From contig WJIW01000254.1 of the NCBI GenBank assembly GCA_014730065.1, forward strand, positions 553 to 64,552: a DNA stretch of 64,000 bases, given 5' to 3'. The position numbers and the translations under genes were made by a program. The notes beneath the pieces are model-generated. The model was not told where the DNA came from and made no database searches. It saw only the letters and a list, made by a program, of their open reading frames with translations. Position 1 is the first letter of the stretch, and every line of letters starts with the position of its first letter. Source of the DNA: Armatimonadia bacterium (GTDB taxonomy: Bacteria; Armatimonadota; Zipacnadia; UBA1398). Below are positions 47,441 through 57,600 of this stretch, in pieces.

Positions 47441-48195
47441 GTGACCCGCGGTTTCGCCGCACGGCGATGATGCTCGGCGATGCCGCTGTGGATCGTCTGG
47501 CCGGATCCCACGTGGCCATCGTGGGACTGGGGGCCGTCGGGAGCTACGCCGTAGAGGGCCTGGCCCGGGCAGGGGTGGGCCGCCTGACCCTGGTGGACTT
47601 CGATCAGGTCAAGCCGAGCAACATCAACCGGCAGCTCTATGCCCTGGAGTCCACCATCGGCCAGCCCAAGGCAAGGGTGGCCGCGGCCCGCGTCCGGGAC
47701 ATCAACCCCGGATGCGACGTCCGCCCCCTGGAGCTGTTCGCCCACTCGGACACCCTGGACGAGATCCTGAGCGGGCCCCCCGATCTCGTGGTCGACGCCA
47801 TCGATGGCCTGCTCCCCAAGCGGGTCCTGATTCAGGACACGGTCCGGCGGAGCATCGGCATCATCGCCGCCATGGGCGCGGCCCTCCGGACCGACCCTTC
47901 GGCCGTCTGCGTGGGTCCACTGCGGACCACCCGTGGCTGCCCCCTCGCCAAGCGGCTCCGCCGGATGCTCAGGGATCACATCGATCTGGACGCCGTGCAA
48001 TGCGTGTACAGCGATGAGGTTGTACCTGAAGGCTCGGCGAGGGAGCCCGACGAGGCCGACCTGGCCGAGTCGCCCACGGGGCGGGGACGGCAGCGTCGCA
48101 CGCTGCCCAGCCTTCCTACGCTCACAGGCATTTTCGGCCTGACCGTGGCCAACGAGGCCATCGGCAGTCTGGTGGGCGACGCGTGGCCCAGGTGA
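47437..48195 (+). CDS. tcdA: tRNA threonylcarbamoyladenosine dehydratase (ThiF/MoeB-like E1 family)
   Basis: GTG at 47437 overlaps the tatD TGA (GTGA). VSDPRFRRTAMMLGDAAVDRLAGSHVAIVGLGAVGSYAVEGLARAGVGRLTLVDFDQV (GxGxxG Rossmann, TcdA/CsdL-type N-terminus). Track start 47401 (GTG) is an alternative. Confidence 0.8.
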   Translation: MSDPRFRRTAMMLGDAAVDRLAGSHVAIVGLGAVGSYAVEGLARAGVGRLTLVDFDQVKPSNINRQLYALESTIGQPKARVAAARVRDINPGCDVRPLELFAHSDTLDEILSGPPDLVVDAIDGLLPKRVLIQDTVRRSIGIIAAMGAALRTDPSAVCVGPLRTTRGCPLAKRLRRMLRDHIDLDAVQCVYSDEVVPEGSAREPDEADLAESPTGRGRQRRTLPSLPTLTGIFGLTVANEAIGSLVGDAWPR

Positions 48196-48235
48196 GCGGC
48201 CCGGCCCGCCGAACCCTCCCTCGGAGGCGCCTCCC

Positions 48236-50623
48236 ATGATCAGCCCACGCTCGATACTGCTCGTCGCCGCGGCCAGTGCGTTAGCCTGCACCGGCCACGC
48301 CCAGGATGAAGGAGATCCGGCCATGACGCCGCCCATGCAAGTCAGTGGACGCTACCCACACCTGGCGGTGACCAACTCCAGCAGCGAATGCGGCATCGGC
48401 GCCGTGGCCGAGTGGGCCGGGCGCCTGTGGCTCGTCACGTACCCGCCCCACGAGCCCTCGGGGAGCGATGACAAGCTCTACTGGATCGACGGCGACCTGG
48501 TGCGCCACACCCATCCGGCATCCATCGGCGGAACCCACGCCTCCAGAATGGTCCATCGAGAGTCAGAGCAGCTCATCATGGGACCGTACTTCATCGATGC
48601 CGGCGGCGGTGTGCGCGTCTTCGCCCTCGCCGACTTCCCCGCCCGCCTGACCGCTGCCATGCGCCACCTCGAGGACCCCGTCGGAAGGGTGTACCTCCTC
48701 GGCATGGAGGAGGAGTTGTACGAAGTCGATGTGCGGACCCTGGCCGTGCGAGAGCTGTACGGTCTCGACGGAATACCCGTTTCGGGCACCCATGCCAAGG
48801 GGGGCTACAAGGCGCAGGACCGGCTGGTGTTTAGCAACAATGGCGACCGCCGATGGGCCGAGGACGGCGACTCCGGCGCCCTCGCCCAAGGCGATGGAGT
48901 CCACTGGGAGGTCGTCCACCGCGCGCCCTTCACGGAAGTCACCTCACGTGAGGGCATCGGTCCGACGGACTCGGCTGTGCCCCTGTGGTGCCTGGGGTGG
49001 GACCATCGCTCGGTCATCCTGCGGATCCTGGATGGCGGCCAGTGGCACGTGCTACGACTTCCCAAGGGGAGCTACACCCACGACGCGCTCCATGGCTGGT
49101 ACACCGAATGGCCGCGTATCCGCGAAGTAAGAGGAGGGACGTACCTCGCGCACATGCATGGCCTGTTCTGGGACTTTCCACCTACGATGAGCGCCTCGGA
49201 CCGTTCTGGCCTCCGGCCCATCTCCACCTACCTCAAGATGCCTGTGGACTACTGCGACTGGAACGGCCGGCTGGTTATGGGCTGCAATGACGCCTCGACC
49301 TTCGAGAACCCCTTCGTGAACCAGCCCAGCTCCAACCTATGGCTCGGGTCTCTGGAGGATCTGGCTCAGCTCGGCGGCCCTGCGGGCTACGGAGGCCCGT
49401 GGGTGAGTGATGCGGTTCGAGCCGGCCAGGCCTCGGACCCCTTTTTGGTCGGTGGGTTCGCCCACGTCACGCTGCACCTCTCGGCGGAGCCCGAGGCCAC
49501 CTTCGACGTGGAAGTGGACCAGAGCGGACGCGGCGATTGGCGCGCCATCGAATCGGTCAAGACCGGCCCCGGAGGGTACGCCTACCGGGTATGGACCGAG
49601 CCACGGGGCGGCGACTGGATCCGTCTGGTGCCCCATGGGAGCGACACGGAGGTCACCGCGTATCTCCACCTGACGACTCCGTACAGGGAGCAGAGAGCCC
49701 ACGGCTCGCGCCGGGTGCCCCTGAGCTTCGACGGCCTCGCCGATATAGACAGCCAGGCCCCCTGGTCGGGCGGCATCATCCGGCCTCGGGGCGGTGATCT
49801 GGGAACCCTCCACGGCTTGCTCCATCCGGCCAATGAGGGACAAGCCACGTACGTGGAGATGACGGCCGACTTGGGCCTGCATGCCGCTGACGATCCCGAA
49901 GCCGCCGCTTGGCTGGAGACCAGCCACGGCCTCGGCGGACCGGACTTCTCACTGGACCCGGCCTCGGTGGTGATGACGGGCGACGGCGGCGGGACGTACC
50001 GGCTCCCTCGCACCGCCCCCCAGTACGACCGAGCCTTCGAGCTAGGCTGGCCCCGAGGCATCCGGGAGGTCGTCACCGAGCGCTCGCTGATGAACATCCA
50101 TGGGACCTTCTATGAGCTGCCCCGGCCCTCGTCGGGGGGGCTGGAGCGGATTCGGCCCATCTCCACCCACGGTAAGAGGATCGTCGACTTCTGCTCCTGG
50201 CGGGGCCTGCTCGTGATGTCCGGGGTGCGGGAGTCGGCCGCGGCCGATGGGCACGTCTTCAGGGGACCGGATGGTCTGGCCCTCTGGCTCGGGGACGTGG
50301 ATGACATATGGGCCATGGGCAAGCCAGTGGGTTACGGCGGGCCGTGGCTGGACACACCCGTGGCCGCCGGCCAGGCTTCGGACCCGTACCTTATGGCCGG
50401 TTACGATCACAAGACGCTGACCCTGTCCCACGACGCCGCTGCCGCGGTGACCATGACTGTACAGGTCACGGCCGGCTTCGACGTGTGGCACGACTACGCT
50501 ACGGTATTGGTCCCGCCAGGCGTGGAGAAGTCCCATTCCTTCGCCACCGGCTTCTCGGCCCACTGGATGCGGGTCGTGGCCGATACCGACTGCCGGGCTA
50601 CGGCGCAGCTTCTGTACCGGTAA
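48236..50623 (+). CDS. Secreted 795-aa hypothetical protein with internal tandem duplication of a ~170-aa module
   Basis: Signal peptide MISPRSILLVAAASALACTGHAQ (GGAGG RBS). Two homologous modules: …YLAHMHGLFWDFPP…LRPISTYLKMPVDYCDWNGRLVMG…GYGGPWVSDAVRAGQASDPFLVGGFAHVTLHLSAEP… and …LMNIHGTFYELPRP…IRPISTHGKRIVDFCSWRGLLVMSG…GYGGPWLDTPVAAGQASDPYLMAGYDHKTLTLSHDA… No family recognised. Confidence 0.55.
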   Translation: MISPRSILLVAAASALACTGHAQDEGDPAMTPPMQVSGRYPHLAVTNSSSECGIGAVAEWAGRLWLVTYPPHEPSGSDDKLYWIDGDLVRHTHPASIGGTHASRMVHRESEQLIMGPYFIDAGGGVRVFALADFPARLTAAMRHLEDPVGRVYLLGMEEELYEVDVRTLAVRELYGLDGIPVSGTHAKGGYKAQDRLVFSNNGDRRWAEDGDSGALAQGDGVHWEVVHRAPFTEVTSREGIGPTDSAVPLWCLGWDHRSVILRILDGGQWHVLRLPKGSYTHDALHGWYTEWPRIREVRGGTYLAHMHGLFWDFPPTMSASDRSGLRPISTYLKMPVDYCDWNGRLVMGCNDASTFENPFVNQPSSNLWLGSLEDLAQLGGPAGYGGPWVSDAVRAGQASDPFLVGGFAHVTLHLSAEPEATFDVEVDQSGRGDWRAIESVKTGPGGYAYRVWTEPRGGDWIRLVPHGSDTEVTAYLHLTTPYREQRAHGSRRVPLSFDGLADIDSQAPWSGGIIRPRGGDLGTLHGLLHPANEGQATYVEMTADLGLHAADDPEAAAWLETSHGLGGPDFSLDPASVVMTGDGGGTYRLPRTAPQYDRAFELGWPRGIREVVTERSLMNIHGTFYELPRPSSGGLERIRPISTHGKRIVDFCSWRGLLVMSGVRESAAADGHVFRGPDGLALWLGDVDDIWAMGKPVGYGGPWLDTPVAAGQASDPYLMAGYDHKTLTLSHDAAAAVTMTVQVTAGFDVWHDYATVLVPPGVEKSHSFATGFSAHWMRVVADTDCRATAQLLYR

Positions 50624-51704
50624 GGCGGTCACGGGGCGGCATCGCGCCGAGGCCTAGCGACGGCAGCGGCAGCATCTGGGGCAGATAGCGGAGTACGGGA
50701 TCGGCTGGCTCCTCGCCCTCCAGGAGGGGGACCACCAGCTCATCGGTGGCCCGATGGGCCAGCTCGCGCATGCTGCTGATCCGCGCCGCGCTGGCTTGAC
50801 CGTAGAGCAGTGTCGTCGTCACCTCGGCCTCCCCGCGCGCCGGCGCCTGCCCCGGCCCATCGCCCAGTACGACGCCAGACCGGGCCAGCCCGATCTCCAG
50901 ACCGTGCCAGCCCGCGGCGCCGGCGGTGACGATGCAGGCCGTGGGGCACTGGTGTTCGGGCAAGCTCCACCATCCGTCGACACGCTCGGCGGCCTTGGTT
51001 GGCGAGAAGTGACCCATGGCCATCCATGACTCCGGCGGGGTGGCGCCGATGCGACCTCCCAGGGCGGCCCGGTAGCCTGCCAGCAGCGCCCTGCCGGCCC
51101 CCGGGTCGGGGCTGCGACCCAAGTAGGCGATGCGGGTGTGTCCCATCTCGAAGAGGTCGGCGACGGCTTCGTCCATCATGCGCTCATGGTCGAAGTCGGC
51201 CTGGTACCAGCCGGGGTTCTCGACCTCGTGGCGGCCTTTGATCACGAAGGGGATACCCAGATCCTCCAGCAGCAGGCCTTGCTCTCTCCCCTCGGGCTCG
51301 GGCGACCAGAGAACGACGGCATCGCAGGACTGACTGCGGGCCATCTCGGACATGCCGCTGAGTAGATCGGTCTGGGAGGTATAGGCTTTGACGATGAGGT
51401 CCAGGTCGCGGCGAGCGAGGGACTCGGCCATCGCCTCGATGGCACCGTGGTGGGAGCCGCCGCCGGGGCTGGAGACGCGGGCGGCGTGGGGAGGGGCGTA
51501 GACGAAGGCGACATTGCGGGACTTTCCGCTGCGGAGGCTGCGGGCGGCTTCGTGGGGCCTGTAACCTAGGCGGCGAGCGGTGTCGAGTATGAGCTGGCGT
51601 TTGGTGTCGGAGACCCAGACGCCGTCCCTATCGTTGAGGACACCTGAGACGAGGCTGGTGGAGACTCCGATCTCTTGGGCGATCTGGCGTAGGGTTGGTC
51701 TCAT
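50598..51704 (-). CDS. LacI-family transcriptional regulator
   Basis: 368 aa. N-terminal HTH MRPTLRQIAQEIGVSTSLVSGVLN…YRPHEAARSLRSGKS; periplasmic-binding-protein-like effector domain. Confidence 0.85.
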   Translation of the reverse strand: MRPTLRQIAQEIGVSTSLVSGVLNDRDGVWVSDTKRQLILDTARRLGYRPHEAARSLRSGKSRNVAFVYAPPHAARVSSPGGGSHHGAIEAMAESLARRDLDLIVKAYTSQTDLLSGMSEMARSQSCDAVVLWSPEPEGREQGLLLEDLGIPFVIKGRHEVENPGWYQADFDHERMMDEAVADLFEMGHTRIAYLGRSPDPGAGRALLAGYRAALGGRIGATPPESWMAMGHFSPTKAAERVDGWWSLPEHQCPTACIVTAGAAGWHGLEIGLARSGVVLGDGPGQAPARGEAEVTTTLLYGQASAARISSMRELAHRATDELVVPLLEGEEPADPVLRYLPQMLPLPSLGLGAMPPRDRLTGTEAAP

Positions 51705-51807
51705 GTGCTATAGTCCTTTGGTCTTCGGCGCGCAGGGGGAGTGCGCCGGATCCCAGAGACATGGGCGCTGAACCTGGCGGAGCGTCGAGCGGGAGCATAT
51801 GTAACGA

Positions 51808-51817
51808 TCCATATGGA
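51808..51817. promoter_or_regulatory. Perfect 10-bp palindrome TCCATATGGA flanked by direct repeats (CATATGtAACGAT / CATATGgAACGAT) in the divergent LacI / TolB-like intergenic region
   Basis: …gcatatgtaacgatccatatggaacgatgtattcgg… at ~51795-51830; AT-rich for this genome. Candidate operator, weakly supported. Confidence 0.3.
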
Positions 51818-51894
51818 ACGATGTATTCGGCGCCTGTGCGCCCTATACCTCCCGCACGAACCCAGCCTTCAGCACCCGAACCGGGGGTAGCCAC

Positions 51895-53109
51895 TTGGAC
51901 TTCCAGATCAAGCCTAGCGCCGTGTACGTCCTCACCGCCTGCCTGGCGGCCGTCACCCTCATCCTCACCACCCACTTCGGCCTGCTACAAGAGGACCCGC
52001 TCTCCAACCCCGCCGGCGACGGTACCGTCTGGGCCGGGCCCAGCACCGATCACGGACCCCTCGACACCTCCGAGCGCCTGCTCCTCTGGCACTCCGAAGC
52101 CACCAGCCCCGTCTCCGGCCCACTCATCGCCTACGCCGGACGATCGGCCACGAGCTCATCGGACATCCTCGTCGTCCCCGCCGCCGGAGGAATGGCCCGC
52201 AATCTCACCCGTCACCCCGCCCGAGACACCCTTCCCACCTGGTCGCCCGACGGGTCGCAGATCGCCTTCATCCGGTACGATGACCACCACCACTACGTGT
52301 GCGTGGCTGGCGTCCAAGGCGGCCCACGTCCCCGGGCCCTCTCCGGCCCACTCAAGGGCGCATGCGAGGTGGCGTGGCATCCGTCGGGTAACCGGCTGGC
52401 CTACAGGGGCACCGATCCCGAAGGCCCGTCGAAGATCCGTCTCGTCTCCCTCGATGGCGTCACAACGACTATAGGTGATGGGGCCTTCCGCGACCAGGAG
52501 CCCCAGTGGTCGCCCTCGGGCGACGCCCTCGCCTTCGTACGCTTCGACGGCAGTCAGTCCCGCATCATGCTTGCCGGCCCGAGCGGGGAGGAAGCCACCC
52601 CGCTCCTCTCAGACCCCGGCCATTACCAGGGCCTGGCCTGGAGCCCCGATGGCCGGTCCCTGGCGGCCGTTCACGTGGTCCAAGGGCAGCCCCACCGCAT
52701 CGTCGTCCTGCAGCCCGATACCGCCCAGGGCAAGGTCTTCGATGTGGACCAATCCCTTCGACCCCGGCTCAAGTGGACTCCCGACAGCCGGAAGCTCGTG
52801 GCCGCCGCGGAGGGGAAGCTGGACTGGGACGTAGTGCTCGTTGACGCGCGGACCGGTCGGGTTGAGCCGGTGACCGAGGGCATGGCCCAGCGGTGGAGTG
52901 CCGAGACGGCGCGGGGCCACACGGATCTCCGCCGCACGGCCATCGAGTACGAGGCCGAGATGGGCCCCAGCGGAGATGAGCTGCTCTTCCTCAGCGACCT
53001 CAGTGGCCCGCCCGTCGGTCTGTTCGTGATGACCCTGGACGGCCGTGGAATCAAGCAGCTCGCGAGTGACGTGACGGCCGCCACATGGCAGCCCGTGCCT
53101 ACCCCGTGA
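51895..53109 (+). CDS. TolB-like / PD40 WD40-like beta-propeller repeat protein (N-terminal TM anchor)
   Basis: 404 aa (track start is TTG; start uncertain). N-terminal hydrophobic segment AVYVLTACLAAVTLILTT; repeated PD40 units (…PTWSPDGSQIAFIRYD…, …PQWSPSGDALAFVRFD…, …LAWSPDGRSLAAV…, …LKWTPDSRKLVAAA…). Confidence 0.7.
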   Translation: MDFQIKPSAVYVLTACLAAVTLILTTHFGLLQEDPLSNPAGDGTVWAGPSTDHGPLDTSERLLLWHSEATSPVSGPLIAYAGRSATSSSDILVVPAAGGMARNLTRHPARDTLPTWSPDGSQIAFIRYDDHHHYVCVAGVQGGPRPRALSGPLKGACEVAWHPSGNRLAYRGTDPEGPSKIRLVSLDGVTTTIGDGAFRDQEPQWSPSGDALAFVRFDGSQSRIMLAGPSGEEATPLLSDPGHYQGLAWSPDGRSLAAVHVVQGQPHRIVVLQPDTAQGKVFDVDQSLRPRLKWTPDSRKLVAAAEGKLDWDVVLVDARTGRVEPVTEGMAQRWSAETARGHTDLRRTAIEYEAEMGPSGDELLFLSDLSGPPVGLFVMTLDGRGIKQLASDVTAATWQPVPTP

Positions 53110-54610
53110 GCACCACGGGCACCACCATGACCTCGGCGTGCCCCGCCCGGGTGATCTCCACGGCGGCCCGGATCGGCCCCTCGAGGGGCTCCTCGGTGGA
53201 CAGGTGGAACGCCACGGAGCCCTCGCAGGGGAAGGGCGCCTGCTTCACGTGGACCGAGGCGAAGGGCGCCGGATCGATCTCGATCCCCTCGGGCAGGTAC
53301 CACTTAATGCGCAGCGTGGCCGGGATCTTGTAGCGGTTGGTCAGCTTGAGCGTGACGGACCGGGCTTGCCCCGGCTTGAGCGATGGGTCGCCGCCGTAGT
53401 CCACCACTACGTCGAAGAAGGCGAAGCGGTGGCGGGTGCCGCCCAGCGCCGAGTACGGCGCTTGTCGCCGGTCGTGCCCAGCCAGGCGTGGCAAGCCGGC
53501 CAAGTCGGTGGGCGCGTCGGACAGAGCGATGCCGCGTCGGATTCGGCCGAGGACCTGGCGTGCCATGGCTTCGGTTCGGGCCGTCAGGTCATCCACATTC
53601 TGGGGAAGCTGATTGCCGAGGAAGCCCAGCTCACCCAAGTTCAGGCATGCCGTCTTGATGGTGCGGCCGATGGGCTCGATCCACTCCTCGGGTATCGCCT
53701 CGGCGCCATGGATGATCCCCCAGATGGCGCCCACCGTCGCCGCCGTACAGTCCGTATCCTCGCCGCAGTTCACGGTGGTGCAGAGCGTGCTGGCGAAGTC
53801 GCCCTCGCCGTAGAGAAGCCCGAGAACGACCAGAGCCACGTTCGACGGCGCGTCCCAACCCAGCTCGCCCTCGTGGAATCCCTTGGCGCGGTCCTCCTCA
53901 CTGGTGCACCATTCGTACCCCATGTGAGTGCTGCCTCGGAACTCGCCCAGCAGGCGGTCCCGGGCATCGCGCCAAGGCATGCCCGAATCGTACGAGTCGA
54001 TCACCTGGCGCACGGCCCTCGCGATCCCGCAGTCGCCGGGTATGTAGGAGAGCCCGATGTCGATCAGCTCCCGCAGGTCGCCCTGCACGAAGGCAGCGCT
54101 CTCCAGGGCCGCGCAGAACACCTCGCCGAAGAGCCCCTCGCCGTCGCCGTGATCGAGAATGCCGTCCTCGTACGCGTACCTCGCCGCCACGTCGGGGCAT
54201 CCGGGGGCGACACAGCCCCAGATCTCCGACCGGATGAAGCATCCGCAGCTATGCTTGTAGGGGTTGTTCAGGCTGCCGGACAGGGGTGGCATCAGTCCGG
54301 TCTGGAGGTTGATCTTGGCGTTGCCGTACTCGCACCAGTGGGGCGTCACGTAGAGCAGCCAGTACTCGGCCAGGGCATGGGCGTCGAGATCGGGGCCCAT
54401 CTCCTCGAGGGCCACCAGCCACAGAAGCTGGATGTCCAGGTCGTCGTTGGGCAGGGGCTCGCCGCCCAGGTCCTGGGTATAGAAGGACACGTCGTTAATC
54501 TGCCGGCGCCACTCGAAGGGCGCCCCCAGGGTACCCCCGATGTTCTTACCAAGCCAGCATCCCAGCACCTTAGTGCGGTACTCCGGGGCATTGAGGTTCA
54601 TCTGCGTCAC
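53099..54610 (-). CDS. ADP-ribosylglycohydrolase family protein with ~150-aa C-terminal beta-rich extension
   Basis: 503 aa. N-terminal ARH signature KVLGCWLGKNIGGTLGAPFE; Asp/Thr-rich metal-binding region (…CGEDTDCTAATVGAIWG…). 15-nt gap to the upstream fusion-cytochrome gene. Confidence 0.75.
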   Translation of the reverse strand: MTQMNLNAPEYRTKVLGCWLGKNIGGTLGAPFEWRRQINDVSFYTQDLGGEPLPNDDLDIQLLWLVALEEMGPDLDAHALAEYWLLYVTPHWCEYGNAKINLQTGLMPPLSGSLNNPYKHSCGCFIRSEIWGCVAPGCPDVAARYAYEDGILDHGDGEGLFGEVFCAALESAAFVQGDLRELIDIGLSYIPGDCGIARAVRQVIDSYDSGMPWRDARDRLLGEFRGSTHMGYEWCTSEEDRAKGFHEGELGWDAPSNVALVVLGLLYGEGDFASTLCTTVNCGEDTDCTAATVGAIWGIIHGAEAIPEEWIEPIGRTIKTACLNLGELGFLGNQLPQNVDDLTARTEAMARQVLGRIRRGIALSDAPTDLAGLPRLAGHDRRQAPYSALGGTRHRFAFFDVVVDYGGDPSLKPGQARSVTLKLTNRYKIPATLRIKWYLPEGIEIDPAPFASVHVKQAPFPCEGSVAFHLSTEEPLEGPIRAAVEITRAGHAEVMVVPVVLTG

Positions 54611-54625
54611 TCCGTCAGATCGAGA

Positions 54626-57600
54626 CTAGTGGACCACCTTGGGCCAGTATCGCTCTTCGTCGAAGTGGGGGCTCTTGCCCTCCGTGTGGCACGTGAGGCA
54701 GGTTGCGGCGGTGAGGGGCTCTAGGATCTCGTGGCCCTGGGCGGTAGCGGGACCGACTCGGTGGCAGGCCACGCACGAGACATCGGGCAGCCGGGCGGCC
54801 TCGGGCTCCAAGGGTGCCGCCGAGTGGCAGTCCCAGCAGTCGGGATCGAACTCCCGGTCCAGGTCTCGGAGCGTCTGGGCGGCCGAGGCGTGGGGGGTCG
54901 CCTGCCACTGCTCAAGCTGCTCGGCGTGGCACGCGCCACACGCCTGGGGCTGGGCGGACTCATCCACTCCCGCCGCCAGAATACGCTCCCGCTGCTCGGC
55001 CTGCACTTCGTCCTGGTAGTCGGCGATGAGTGCCGATACTTGGGGGCTCTCCAGGATCTGGTCATCCATCGGGATGAGCTGGGGCTCAGCCGATACGGGC
55101 CGAAGGTCCTCATCGAGCCGCAAGGTCAGCCGGCCGACCCACTCGCCGTTCTGGCCGGCGGAGACGATCCAGGTGTCATCCGCTCGCTCGGGCACCTGAA
55201 GCGACCGTCCCTCGTGGCCACACACGATCACGTCCACGTCCTCGACGGCCTCGGCGAGAGCTCGGGCATCCTCGACGTAGCCGTGGTAGAGCACCACGAC
55301 CAAGGAGGTGGACGGCGCCACCGAGGCGACTTCGGCTCGGACGCGCTCGAGGGGATCGGCCAGGGCCACGCCCTCGGGAGCCTCGCCATCACCGAAGGCG
55401 AAGGCTCGGGGGGAGGTGACCGACACCACGCCCACGCTCACGCCGCGCCGGTCGATGATCTGCGCCGAAGGCTCCACGCCGTCCACGGCGGCATTGGCCG
55501 AGACGTAGGGCATTGGCGAGCCCTGCATCAGCGCGGACAGCACATCAGCGCCATAGGTCAGGTCCTGATCGCCAATGGCGATGGCGTCGTAGTCCATGAC
55601 CTCGAAGGCCTTCTGGATGTACTCGAACTTGGTCCAGTCCTGGGTGGCCCCGAGCACGTCGCCGCTGTCGACCACGATGGAGGCGGGGTACATGTCCCGG
55701 AGCTCTGCTATGGCCCCGGCCTGACGGGTAAGGCCGCCGTAGGGGTTGCCGGGGCAGCGGCATGCTTCGAGCTGCCCGTTGGTGCTCCCCGTGTAGACGA
55801 TGGTGAGGGACGTGGGCGCCAGCCCGATGCGGTCTGCTATCGTGAGGGCTGTGTCGGCGCCGGCGATGTCGGCCACCTCGCGGTTCTCGTAGAGCAGCAG
55901 GCAGTCACCGTACACGCCCATCTGGGCCTGGGACTGGGCATCCCGGTAGAGGGCGTCCAAGATCCCGCCCGGTGCCGTCGCCTCGGCGCGGATGGCCTGG
56001 GGATCGAGGCCCGCCCGCTCCAGCGGCGCGTCCCAATAGCTGCTGTTCCCGGCGGCCAGCCGGGCCTCCAAGTACGCCGCCATGGCGTCGGGATGATCCC
56101 GCCACACAACGGCCTGGCGCGCCGCTTCCTCGATCTCCGCCACGCCCCCCTGGGCGGCCAGGTCACCCGACTCACTGAGGCTCAGGGCGGGGTGGAGCTC
56201 GACCTCGTACGCGGCCCGGTCGCCCGCTCGCTCCAGGAGAGAGAGCACGGTGGTCACCGCCTCCAGGGCCGGCGGATACTGGCAGCGGTAGTAGAGATCG
56301 ATACGACCCGGCTCGCGCTCGCGACCCACCATCAGGCCCGACGAGGTATGCTCGGGGAGGACCATGTAGTACTCCCCGGTCCGCGTCAGAGCCTGGGAGA
56401 TCTGCTCCAGGTTCGGGCGCTGCTCAAGCTGATCGGCGGGCAGGAAGAAGGCGGGGAGCCATCCCACCTCCGCCATCTCCGACAGCCGGCGCCCCTCCTC
56501 GCTATCGTAGGCCACCTCCCGTGGCTCGAGCCCCGGCATCAAAGCGGCGAGATCGCTCACCAAGGGCCGGTGACTCGTCAAGGCGGCCTCCTCGGAGCCG
56601 ACCACGATCAGCTCCAGGGGCGTGGGATCCTCGTACTCGCAGCGAGCGTCGCCCGTTCCGGCATCCCGGCAATAGCCGATCTGACCCGGCTCGAGGCAGT
56701 CGCCGTGATCGGTGCACTCGGGCACTCCCGCGCAGCGCTCCCCGCGAAGCTGGTCGGGGAGAGTCCAGCAGAACGTCCGGAGCAGGGCGGGGGCGAAGTT
56801 GTCGTCCTCGTACTCGATGTTGTTCAGGTAAAGGGTGGGCGTGCCGGGGATCATGAAGCGGCGAGCCCGGTTGGCGTGGGCTAGGAGCATCCGAGTGACT
56901 TGCTCGGAAGTCGCGTGCTCCCCGACGACCTCGGGGTCGATACCCTGGGCCTCCATGACGGCCGTGGCTTCGGCCCCCGGTTGCACGGCGCGCAGGGCAG
57001 CGTACCGGGTCACGGCCTCCCGCCCATAGAGGACCTGGATGGCGATCTCGCGGCGGGCCTCGGCGACGGCTTCGGGCCCGAAGGTCGACACGAACTGACC
57101 GGTCTCATTGTCGTAGTGAACCACATGCCATCGGCGGACCTGGACGCGATCCTCGCCGAAGAGACCCAGGGCCTCACGTAGCTGGGGCTCCAGCTCCAGG
57201 CAGTAGCCACAGCCCCAGGCGGTGTACGAATCGAGCACCAGCCGCGGCCCCTCGAGGGTGTCCTTGCGCTCCAGCCACTGGGCGACACGCTCCGCCTGCC
57301 CGGGGTCGTCGGGCACGCTGGGGTCCAGGGGAATCTCGCGCAGGCGGTACTCAGCGATCTCGGCTTCATCCACCCGGAGATCGAGGCGAGACAGGGCCCG
57401 GCCCTCCAGGCTGAACTCACCGATGATGGCCTCGCCGACCTTGTCCACAAGGCCGCCCGGACGGCGGTAGTGAGCATTGAGGAAGATGTCCACATCGGGC
57501 ACCGACTCGGCCAGGAGGCGGGTGCGGTCACTGCCCAGGTGAGAGAGGACCACCATCAGGTCGACTTGGCCCCGGATCTCGTCCACCACCGAGTGGACGC

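Noticed and set aside
54731-56884. 717-aa plus-strand ORF antisense to the fusion-cytochrome gene
   Set aside because: Antisense artifact of high GC; low-complexity translation; the minus-strand product has multiple coherent domains.
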